64,000 bases of DNA, taken from contig JAYEIQ010000016.1 in assembly GCA_034660175.1 (NCBI GenBank), forward strand, positions 2,373-66,372, written 5' to 3'. Shown piece after piece: positions 56,532 through 64,000 of the stretch; the stretch's first letter is position 1, and each line of letters starts with the position of its first letter. Source of the stretch: Patescibacteria group bacterium (GTDB lineage: Bacteria; Patescibacteriota; Minisyncoccia; Moranbacterales; DUUL01). A program made the translations under genes and the position numbers. The notes beneath the pieces are model-generated. The model worked only from the letters and a program-made list of their open reading frames with translations. It had not been told where the DNA came from and searched no databases.

Positions 56532-58295
56532 CTATTTTTTTTGTTCAATTTCTTTGATTGTTTTTCGAACAAATTCCTGTGTTTTCATTGAGTCTTGTTT
56601 TTTTGTATCTCTCTTGCGCACAGCAACGGTTCCTTTTTTTTCTTCTTTTTCTCCAACTACCAAAATGTATGGTACCTTGGTTTTGGTCGTCTCAGCAATT
56701 TTTTTGCCCAAAGACTCATCGGAATCATTCATTTCAACTCGGAGCTCACTTTCCTTGAGTTTGGATTCAACTTTTCTGGCGTACTTTTTAAATTTTTCAG
56801 ATACAGGCAGAATTGTTACTTGAACTGGTGCGAACCAAAGAGGAAACTTCCCAGCATAGAACTCGATCAAAAAGGCAAAGAACCTTTCGAATGAACCAAT
56901 CAGTGCACGGTGGATAACAAAAGGTCTGGTCTTGTTTCCATCTTTGTCGATATAGTTGAGATCGAACCGTTCTGGTAGGTTGAAGTCAACTTGCACAGTT
57001 GAAATAGCATCTTCTTTGCCATAAACATTCACGGCCATGACATCAAGCTTAGGACCATAAAAAGCAGCCTCTCCTTCTTCTTCGTAAAATTCTTCACCAT
57101 TTTCCTTCAGCACTTCTCTTAAAGTCTCTTCTGCTTTAATCCAATCTTCTCGCTTGCCAACATATTTGCTTGAATCTTTGTCTGAAAGTGAAAGTTGGTA
57201 ACGGTATTTTGTGAATCCAATATCTTGATAAAACTTCTTAAGCATTTCAACGACCTCTAAAAATTGATCTTTGAGTTGATCTTCAGTACAGAAAATGTGA
57301 GCGTCATTTTGGGTGAAACCACGCACTCTTTGAAGACCATGAAGTTCACCAGATTTTTCATATCGATAGACAGTGCCAAATTCTCCTTGTTTGTATGGCA
57401 ACTCTCGATAACTTCTTGGTTTCATTTTGTATACCATCATTCCTGCAGGACAGTTCATTGGTTTGAGATAGAAAGTCTCATTGTCGATTTCCAGTGGGGC
57501 ATACATGTCTTTGTCATAAAATCCCAGATGCCCTGATGTTTTGAACAGATCCATTTTGCTGATGTGAGGCGTGAGGATGTGTACATAGCCATAATTTCTT
57601 TCCATTTTTATCATATAATCTTCCAGGACTTTGCGTATAGTGTAGCCGTTCGGAAGCCAAACAGGCAAGCCCTGACCAATCTCAGGAAAATTTGCAAATA
57701 ATTCCATTTCTTTCCCAATTTTTCTGTGGTTTCTTTCTTCTGCTTCATCCATCATTTGTAAATGTGCCTTTAGTTTCTTCTTGTTTTCAAAAACAACACC
57801 ATAAATTCTTTGCAGTTGTTGGCGATTCTCGTCACCTTTCCAATATGCTCCAGATATTCTAGTCAACTTGAAAGCAGTAGCATCAATTTCTCCGGTTGAT
57901 TCCAAATGTGGACCACTGCACAGATCAATAAAAGATTTAGATTTGTATATCATCACCTCTTTTTCTCCTTTTTTGACAAGATCCTCAATCAATTCGACTT
58001 TGTATGGTTGTTTTGCTTTCTTGAAATGCTTGATTGCCTCATCTATTTGCATCATCTTTTTTTCGAATGGATGATTGTCAGCGATGATCTTTTTCATTTC
58101 GTTTTCCAAAAGGGGCAAGTCTTCTGGGATCAAGGTGCGAGGAAGTTCGAAGTCATAATAGAATCCATTTTCAATCGCTGGACCAATTGCAAATTTGACC
58201 TCTGGAAACATCTTGAGAACAGCGGTAGCCAACACATGAGATGTGCTGTGGCGAATAATTTCAAGTCTCTGGTCGTTTGTTAGCTTGGTTGTCAT
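56532..58295 (-). CDS. thrS: Threonine--tRNA ligase; no N-terminal TGS extension.
   Basis: It has class II aaRS motifs, an editing-domain HxxxH, a C-terminal anticodon-binding domain, and the ThrRS-specific zinc ligands. Confidence 0.9.
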   Translation of the reverse strand: MTTKLTNDQRLEIIRHSTSHVLATAVLKMFPEVKFAIGPAIENGFYYDFELPRTLIPEDLPLLENEMKKIIADNHPFEKKMMQIDEAIKHFKKAKQPYKVELIEDLVKKGEKEVMIYKSKSFIDLCSGPHLESTGEIDATAFKLTRISGAYWKGDENRQQLQRIYGVVFENKKKLKAHLQMMDEAEERNHRKIGKEMELFANFPEIGQGLPVWLPNGYTIRKVLEDYMIKMERNYGYVHILTPHISKMDLFKTSGHLGFYDKDMYAPLEIDNETFYLKPMNCPAGMMVYKMKPRSYRELPYKQGEFGTVYRYEKSGELHGLQRVRGFTQNDAHIFCTEDQLKDQFLEVVEMLKKFYQDIGFTKYRYQLSLSDKDSSKYVGKREDWIKAEETLREVLKENGEEFYEEEGEAAFYGPKLDVMAVNVYGKEDAISTVQVDFNLPERFDLNYIDKDGNKTRPFVIHRALIGSFERFFAFLIEFYAGKFPLWFAPVQVTILPVSEKFKKYARKVESKLKESELRVEMNDSDESLGKKIAETTKTKVPYILVVGEKEEKKGTVAVRKRDTKKQDSMKTQEFVRKTIKEIEQKK

Positions 58296-58617
58296 GAGTT
58301 TATGCTAATAATTATTTTGCATATGAATGAAAAACCTCATCTCAAAACATATCATCCAAAAATTCTTATTTTGGAGTTTTGATACATTCTGAGACGAGGT
58401 TTTAAGTAGTAAGGTCAATAGATCTTACTGTGGTGTGTACTTACGAACGTACTTACGTATCTCGTGGTTCCACTCAGATTTCCTGAACAATTCAGGACTC
58501 TTGTTCAATTGTTCTTTGATTTAGGCGATTTTGCTCTCGGTGAGAATGCGTTTGGTGGACGCATCAATCATCAAAGAGGGACTAATCCTATTCTAGATTT
58601 AAAATACAATTTGTCAA
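58296..58617 (-). promoter_or_regulatory. thrS 5' leader, about 285 nt on the minus strand. It has a consensus promoter (TTGACA, 16 nt, TAGAAT), a T-box-like motif, a direct repeat carrying anticodon-loop-like UCGUAA, and a terminator-like long stem closed by a U-run about 35 nt before the ATG.
   Basis: The promoter, on the plus strand, is tgtcaa at 58612-58617 and attcta at 58590-58595. Minus-sense GAGTGGAACCACGAG (plus 58461-58475) resembles the T-box AGGGTGGNACCGCG. The direct repeat GTACTTACG lies at 58437-58445 and 58449-58457. The stem AACCTCGTCTCA/TGAGATGAGGTT+TTTTTC lies at plus 58328-58401. Confidence 0.4.
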
Positions 58618-58621
58618 ATCA

Positions 58622-61600
58622 CTATTCGATATCGACGTTCTCTTTTCCGACAATGTCGCGAATAGAGTCGATTACCGCTTCATCGAAATCGATGTGGTGT
58701 GGTGTTTCAAGTTTTTCTCCATTCTCATTTGAAGAAATGAAGATCTTGCACTCACCTTTATCAGTATTACAAATCACTTTTGAAATTTTCTCCAAAACTT
58801 CTGGTCCGCATTTGTCACCAACACAAATTGTGATGTTTTTGTGGACAGTTTTCGTTGGGGAAATTTGAGGTGCTTGATTGAAAGCTGGTCTGGTATGTAT
58901 CGGAAAGTGGGGTTCATTGTTGCCAGATTTTTCAAAAGAAGTTGCAGTGTTTTTTTGATCTTTCTTCATTTCTTCATCATTCACAATGATGGCCTGCTCA
59001 CAAAGAAGTTTTGGTTCGTCGTCTTTTTGTGAAAACTTTCCCTTGAGCAAGACGACATGCTCTTCCTTCCATGGCTCAGGATCTTTCTCGAGTGTTTTTG
59101 GAAATACCAAAACTTCTATTTTCCCAATTCCATCTTCGATTGTTGCAAAATACATTAATTGGTTGTTTCTGGTGTATACTTTTTGAATCTTGGTTATGAT
59201 TCCACCAATAGTGACTTGCTGATTGAGATGACTTGAAGAAAGGGAGTTGATAGGAGTTGATCTTGATGCAAAATATTCTTGATATCCACGTAAAGGATGA
59301 TCGGAAATATATAAACCCAACAACTCTTTTTCCCATGACAAAGTTTGTTTTTTGGGTGCCTTTGGAGCTTCATTGAAAGTAATTTTTGGTGCTTCAATCA
59401 ATTGTTCTCCTCCCATGGTAAAGAGAGAAGATTGACCTGCAGATTGGTTTTTCTGAAATTCTTTTGAATATGAAAGGATTTGTTCTACGTTTTGAAGAAC
59501 CTTGTTGCGTTCCATGAGCTCATCCAATGCTCCAGACATTGCGAGAGCCTCGACTGATTTTTTGTTGAGGTCTTTGTCGCAGACTCTTTCGACCATGTCG
59601 ATAATATCTTTGTATAGTCCATTCTTTTCTCTTTCCTTAATTATCATCTCTGCTATGTGTGTACCAACGCCTTTGATCGCTTCAAGTCCAAAGCGAATTT
59701 TTGGTTTTTCGTTTTTATTTCCCAAGATCACTGCAAAGTCCTTGAAGCTTTCGTTTATGTTTGGGGCGAGAACCTCAATTCCCATCAGTCTTGCTTCTTC
59801 AATTTCAATAGCGATTCTGTCTGTGTCGTCTTTGTCAGAGTTGAGAAGTGCTGCCATGAATTGGGAGGGGTAGTGTGTTTTGAGATATGCTGTTTGATAT
59901 CCGATTAACGCATAACAAGCAGCATGTGATCGGTTGAAGCCATAACCTGCAAAAGGTTCAACAAATGAAAAGACTTTTTCTGCCAATGCTTTTTCAATTC
60001 CATTTTCCACGCAACCATCAATAAATTTCTCTTTTTGTTGTGCAATGAGCTCCACTATCTTTTTACCCATTGCTTTTCGCAGAATATCTGCTTCTCCCGG
60101 GGTGAAACCTGCGAGTTCTCGAGCAATTTGCATCACTTGTTCTTGATAGACAGCAACGCCATATGTGTTTTCCAAAATTGGCTTGAGTTTTGGGTGTAAA
60201 TATAGAACTTTTTTTGTTCCATGTTTTCCTCCAATAAAATCAGGGATCCACTCCATTGGCCCAGGTCGATAGAGGGCAACCATAGCAATGATGTCTTCAA
60301 AAACTGTGGGTTTGAGTTTTTTCAAATAGTGTTTCATTCCAGAGGACTCAAGCTGAAAAACTCCTGTTGTTTCTCCTCGTTGTAAGAGTTTGTATGTATG
60401 TTCATCATTCAGGGGTAATTTTTCAATGTCAACTACATCTCCTGTTGTTTTTTCAATCACTTTCAGAGCATTTTCAATGATGGTGAGGTTCTTGAGTCCC
60501 AAAAAGTCCATTTTGAGAAGTCCTATCTTTTCTACATATGAAGCTTTTGAAGATGCTGCATATTGAGTCACGATCGAAGGTTCTGATCCTTTTTTCCCTG
60601 TCATGTATTGCAATGGTGAATATTCAACAACTGGTTCTGCGGTGATCACGACTCCACAAGCGTGCATTGAGGCATGTCGAGCAACACCTTCCAGGCGAAG
60701 TGCAGCATCAACAATGCGTTTTGCATCAGGATTTGAGTTATATTCTGTTAAAAGTTCTTTTGATGATTCCAGGGCTGTTTTAAGATCTGTGAACATCGGA
60801 ACCATTTTTGCAAGTTTATCACAATAAGTGTATTCAACATTCAATACGCGACCCACATCACGAATTGCAGCTCGTGCTGCCATTGTTCCAAAGGTGATAA
60901 TTTGTGCTACATGGTCTTCGCCATATTTTTTTCGACAATATTGCAAAACTTCATCTCTGCGATGATCAGCAAAGTCGGCATCAACATCAGGCATCGAAAT
61001 TCTGTCTGGATTCAAAAATCTTTCAAAGAGCAGGTTATATTCGATTGGATCAAGGTTTGTGATTCCGGTCAGATAAGAAACGAAACTTCCTGCTGCGCTA
61101 CCTCTTCCTGGTCCCACGATGATTCCTTGGTCTTTTGACCAATTCATGAAGTCTTGAACGATGAGGAAATATGAAGAGAAGCCCATCTTGGAAATGATTC
61201 CAAGTTCATAGTCGAGACGTTCCTGATGTTTTTCTGTAAACCCGCCATCGGGATAGCGTTTTTCGATGCCTTCTTTGCAAAGTTTGAGAAGATAGCTGTC
61301 GGGAGTTTCTCCTTTTGGAACTTCAAAATGCGGGAGTTTGGTGTGGCCAAATTCAATTTCAACACTACATTTGTCAACAATTCTCTGAGTGTTTTCAATT
61401 GCTTCTGGAATGTCTTTGAAGAACTCTATCATTTCCTCAGGACTCTTGAGATACAATTCATGTTCCTTCATCGTTATTCGATTCAAGTCGTCAATTTTTT
61501 TCCCTGTTTGCAGACACATAAGAATGTCTTGAACCTCGTTGTCGTCTGGATTCACATAGTGCAAATCTGCAGTAGCTACAACAGGAATTCCAGTTTCTTT

Positions 61601-62260
61601 TGAAACTTTGATTAGTCCTTCGTTGGCCTTTTTTTGTTTTTCAAAGTTGGGAAGGTGTTGAAGTTCAAGGTAATAATTTTCCTTGCCAAGAATTTCTTGA
61701 TATTCCAAAGCCTTTTTTACTGCATCTTCATGCTTGTTTCCGATTTCCAATTGAGCAATTTCTCCCTGAACGCATCCGCTCATTCCTATGATGCCCTCTG
61801 CGTGTTTCTTGAGGACCTCCATGTCGATGCGTGGTTTATAATAATAGCCCTCAAGGTGTGCAATCGTCACCAATTTCATCAAGTTTTTGTATCCAGTTTC
61901 ATTTTTGGCTAGCAAAGTCAAATGAAATCTTTCATCATCAATTTTAGCTCTTTTGTTTTTGAGTCCATTTGGTGCCAGATACATCTCGCATCCCAAGATG
62001 GGTTTGATGCCTCTTTGAATTGCTTTGTCATAGAACTCTGGAATTCCATACATTGTTCCGTGGTCTGTGATTGCAATTGAGTCCATACCAAACTCCTTGA
62101 CCTTGTCGAGAAGGTCTTCAATCTTGCACAAGCCATCGAGAAGGCTATAGTGAGTATGGACATGTAGGTGGGTGAATTTTTGTTTTAACATAAAATGAAG
62201 TGGGAAGTCATAGAGGTTATTATGCATAAGCATTATACAGGTGTGACTAGATAATTTCAA
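58622..62260 (-). CDS. dnaE: DNA polymerase III alpha subunit.
   Basis: The N-terminal PHP motif is FTHLHVHTHYSLLDG, and the polymerase core and an OB domain are present. The true start is probably the internal Met at about 62158 (MLKQKF...). Confidence 0.9.
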   Translation of the reverse strand: MKLSSHTCIMLMHNNLYDFPLHFMLKQKFTHLHVHTHYSLLDGLCKIEDLLDKVKEFGMDSIAITDHGTMYGIPEFYDKAIQRGIKPILGCEMYLAPNGLKNKRAKIDDERFHLTLLAKNETGYKNLMKLVTIAHLEGYYYKPRIDMEVLKKHAEGIIGMSGCVQGEIAQLEIGNKHEDAVKKALEYQEILGKENYYLELQHLPNFEKQKKANEGLIKVSKETGIPVVATADLHYVNPDDNEVQDILMCLQTGKKIDDLNRITMKEHELYLKSPEEMIEFFKDIPEAIENTQRIVDKCSVEIEFGHTKLPHFEVPKGETPDSYLLKLCKEGIEKRYPDGGFTEKHQERLDYELGIISKMGFSSYFLIVQDFMNWSKDQGIIVGPGRGSAAGSFVSYLTGITNLDPIEYNLLFERFLNPDRISMPDVDADFADHRRDEVLQYCRKKYGEDHVAQIITFGTMAARAAIRDVGRVLNVEYTYCDKLAKMVPMFTDLKTALESSKELLTEYNSNPDAKRIVDAALRLEGVARHASMHACGVVITAEPVVEYSPLQYMTGKKGSEPSIVTQYAASSKASYVEKIGLLKMDFLGLKNLTIIENALKVIEKTTGDVVDIEKLPLNDEHTYKLLQRGETTGVFQLESSGMKHYLKKLKPTVFEDIIAMVALYRPGPMEWIPDFIGGKHGTKKVLYLHPKLKPILENTYGVAVYQEQVMQIARELAGFTPGEADILRKAMGKKIVELIAQQKEKFIDGCVENGIEKALAEKVFSFVEPFAGYGFNRSHAACYALIGYQTAYLKTHYPSQFMAALLNSDKDDTDRIAIEIEEARLMGIEVLAPNINESFKDFAVILGNKNEKPKIRFGLEAIKGVGTHIAEMIIKEREKNGLYKDIIDMVERVCDKDLNKKSVEALAMSGALDELMERNKVLQNVEQILSYSKEFQKNQSAGQSSLFTMGGEQLIEAPKITFNEAPKAPKKQTLSWEKELLGLYISDHPLRGYQEYFASRSTPINSLSSSHLNQQVTIGGIITKIQKVYTRNNQLMYFATIEDGIGKIEVLVFPKTLEKDPEPWKEEHVVLLKGKFSQKDDEPKLLCEQAIIVNDEEMKKDQKNTATSFEKSGNNEPHFPIHTRPAFNQAPQISPTKTVHKNITICVGDKCGPEVLEKISKVICNTDKGECKIFISSNENGEKLETPHHIDFDEAVIDSIRDIVGKENVDIE

Positions 62261-62361
62261 TTTGACCTGTTTTGATTCTTGTGTTGGAAATTTATCGATG
62301 TTTATCGGTTGATTTCTGGGGTTTTTAGTGCTAGTCTGAAAAGACAGAAAACATTCAATTT

Positions 62362-63099
62362 ATGCTGAAAGTTATCAATCTGACAATCAAATCGAGAGAA
62401 AAAAAAGACAAGCTTTTAGATAAAGTTAGTTTTGAGGTGGGTGAAAACGAGATTCACTGTATTTTGGGAATAAATGGAAGTGGCAAATCAACATTGGCCT
62501 ATGCACTTTTGGGACTTGATCGATATGAATATGGTTCTGGGAAAGTTATGTTTTTGGGCAAGGATATTTCAGAGAAACAGCCATTTGAAAGAGCGAAGCT
62601 TGGATTAACAATAGCGTTTCAGGAACCTGCCAGATTCGAAGGATTAACAGTGAGCGACTATCTCAAGGCTGGAAAAAAGAAAGCGACTAATTTGGAAATG
62701 AAGTATGTTTTGAAATTGGTTGGTCTTGAAGATAAGGAGTTTTTAAAAAGAAATGTTGATGAGAAGCTTTCTGGTGGTGAACGTAAGAGGATAGAGTTGG
62801 CTTCAGTTATCATCATGAGACCAAAACTAATGATTCTTGATGAGCCAGATGCCTCACTTGACATCATTGTCTACAATGAACTCTATGATTTGATGCTTAG
62901 AGTCAAGGAAGAATTGAAATGTTCAATTCTTTTGATCACTCATAGGGAAGAGGCGGGTTTGATTGCTGATCGTGCGACATTGGTTGATGGCGGGAAGGTT
63001 ATTGAGACTGGACGTTTTAGGCATGTGATGCGTGTCTATTGTGAGCGTGAAGGAAGAAGGGATCGTTGTATGGCTTATAAAATGAAGATGAAGAAATAA
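62362..63099 (+). CDS. sufC: Fe-S cluster assembly ATPase SufC.
   Basis: The Walker A motif GINGSGKSTLAYAL and the ABC signature LSGGERKRIELA are present, followed by D-loop/H-loop motifs. Confidence 0.85.
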   Translation: MLKVINLTIKSREKKDKLLDKVSFEVGENEIHCILGINGSGKSTLAYALLGLDRYEYGSGKVMFLGKDISEKQPFERAKLGLTIAFQEPARFEGLTVSDYLKAGKKKATNLEMKYVLKLVGLEDKEFLKRNVDEKLSGGERKRIELASVIIMRPKLMILDEPDASLDIIVYNELYDLMLRVKEELKCSILLITHREEAGLIADRATLVDGGKVIETGRFRHVMRVYCEREGRRDRCMAYKMKMKK

Positions 63100-63122
63100 A
63101 AAAGTTAAGAATTTTTCAAGAT

Positions 63123-64000
63123 ATGCCAAAACTAACAACTGATTTTGTCAAAACTGCAAAAATGTGTGGACTCGAGCATCTATTGAATGCCAAGGGCCAT
63201 TTTTTTGTGGAAAAAAACAAACTTCTTTCATATAAGACACCGAAAGGAATCGAGATGGAGGCAAAAGAAACTCCAAATGGTATAGAGGCAGAAGTTGTTG
63301 TGAAGAAAGGTGCTAAAATTAAAGAACCTCTGTTTTTCTGCTTTGGCCTGAAAGGGGAGAGTGATGAACAAATAGTTGTTCTAAACATTACAGTAGAAGA
63401 TGGAGCGGATGTTAAGATCATAACTCATTGCAGTTTTCCTCATGCAACATCAGCAACTCACAAAATGGAGGCAGTTTTCAAAATCGGAAAGAATGCAAAT
63501 TTTTTCTATGAGGAGCATCATTATCACGGAAAAAAATCTGGTGCTATGGTAATTTCGAAATTGAAGTTGCTCATTGGGGAAGGAGGCTTGTTTGAGAGCA
63601 ATTTTGTTTTGTCAAAAGGGACAGTTGGTCAAGTCAGCATAGACGTTGAAGCAATTTTGGAAAAAGATGCTCGTAGTGAGATCAACACGAAAGTTTTTGG
63701 GAAAAATAGCAGTGACATTGTTAATATTATTGATAAAGTGATTCTGAATGGAGAGAATAGTAAAAGTTTGATCAAGATGCGTGCAGCTGCCAAAAATGGT
63801 GGAAGAGTATTCATGCAAGGAGAAACATATGCAAATGCTGCTGGTGCAGTGGGACATGTTGATTGTCAGGAAATTATTTCTGGTGATGATTCAGTTGCAA
63901 AAGCAGTTCCAATTGTTGAAGTATCCAATGACCAGGCTCGGGTGACACACGAGGCTTCGGTTGGGAAGATTAACCAAAAGGAACTGGAAACGCTTATGAC
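63123..64000 (+). CDS. SufB/SufD-family Fe-S assembly protein, 3' partial (runs off the window). Probably sufD by position after sufC.
   Basis: I translated it manually. The product has ...HCSFPHATSATH...GHVDCQEII...VEVSNDQARVTHEASVGKINQKELETLM, which is the SufBD C-terminal signature. Confidence 0.7.
   Translation, partial: MPKLTTDFVKTAKMCGLEHLLNAKGHFFVEKNKLLSYKTPKGIEMEAKETPNGIEAEVVVKKGAKIKEPLFFCFGLKGESDEQIVVLNITVEDGADVKIITHCSFPHATSATHKMEAVFKIGKNANFFYEEHHYHGKKSGAMVISKLKLLIGEGGLFESNFVLSKGTVGQVSIDVEAILEKDARSEINTKVFGKNSSDIVNIIDKVILNGENSKSLIKMRAAAKNGGRVFMQGETYANAAGAVGHVDCQEIISGDDSVAKAVPIVEVSNDQARVTHEASVGKINQKELETLM

Noticed and set aside
1-64000. Possibility of an alternative genetic code (UGA=Gly, code 25) as in some CPR lineages.
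   Set aside because: rpoB, rpoC, dnaE, thrS and all r-protein genes are full length and collinear with homologues under standard stops, and TGA terminates several well-defined genes.
1-64000. CRISPR arrays, integrases, transposases, restriction-modification or other defence systems.
   Set aside because: I found no regularly spaced direct repeats and no ORFs with recombinase, transposase, methyltransferase or nuclease signatures. The only tRNA-adjacent island lacks an integrase.

Overview
This 64 kb window is low-GC (~37%) and gene-dense, and long genes (rpoB, rpoC, dnaE) are intact under the standard genetic code. Gene content points to a reduced-genome, monoderm-like bacterium, most plausibly CPR/Patescibacteria-like. 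The evidence is that L30 is absent between rpsE and rplO, several r-proteins carry lysine-rich extensions, a FemAB-type peptidoglycan transferase is present, and no secretin is found.

Layout of the window:
- 1-10.6 kb: a cell-surface/pilus locus with a secreted VWA-domain protein, an MltB-type lytic transglycosylase, a TrbC/VirB2-like pilin-like protein, a beta-helix protein, a PilX-like protein and pilM-pilN-pilO.
- 10.6-23.9 kb: tRNA-Arg(TCT), ychF, a flavodoxin-like protein, a DEDD exonuclease, a frameshifted U32 peptidase, galU, RNase P RNA on the minus strand with a consensus promoter, a WbaP-like sugar transferase, murC, tsaE, a PMM/PGM phosphohexomutase, and a soluble TraD/VirD4-like ATPase with a C-terminal zinc ribbon.
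- 24-35.6 kb: rplU, then an S10-spc ribosomal superoperon (rpsJ ... rplO, secY) that ends at tRNA-Gly(TCC). It has non-canonical features: S8 precedes S14, L24 carries a Cys4 ribbon, and a 220-nt structured spacer separates rpsJ from rplC.
- 35.6-40.4 kb: a small accessory island with SD-led micro-ORFs and hairpins, a lipoprotein, a DUF457 hydrolase, hemolysin III and a decayed gene.
- 40.4-64 kb: rpoB, rpoC, rpsT (-), ruvA, a FemAB-family transferase, murE, a PAP2-like protein (-), a Wzy_C/TPR membrane protein, a MiaB-like enzyme (-), thrS (-) with a long structured leader, dnaE (-), sufC and a partial sufB/D gene.

I found no CRISPR array, integrase, transposase or recognisable defence system. 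The most interesting candidates are the mixed T4P/T4SS-like surface locus, the orphan coupling-protein-like ATPase, the zinc-ribbon L24, the thrS leader and the micro-ORF/hairpin leader in the island.
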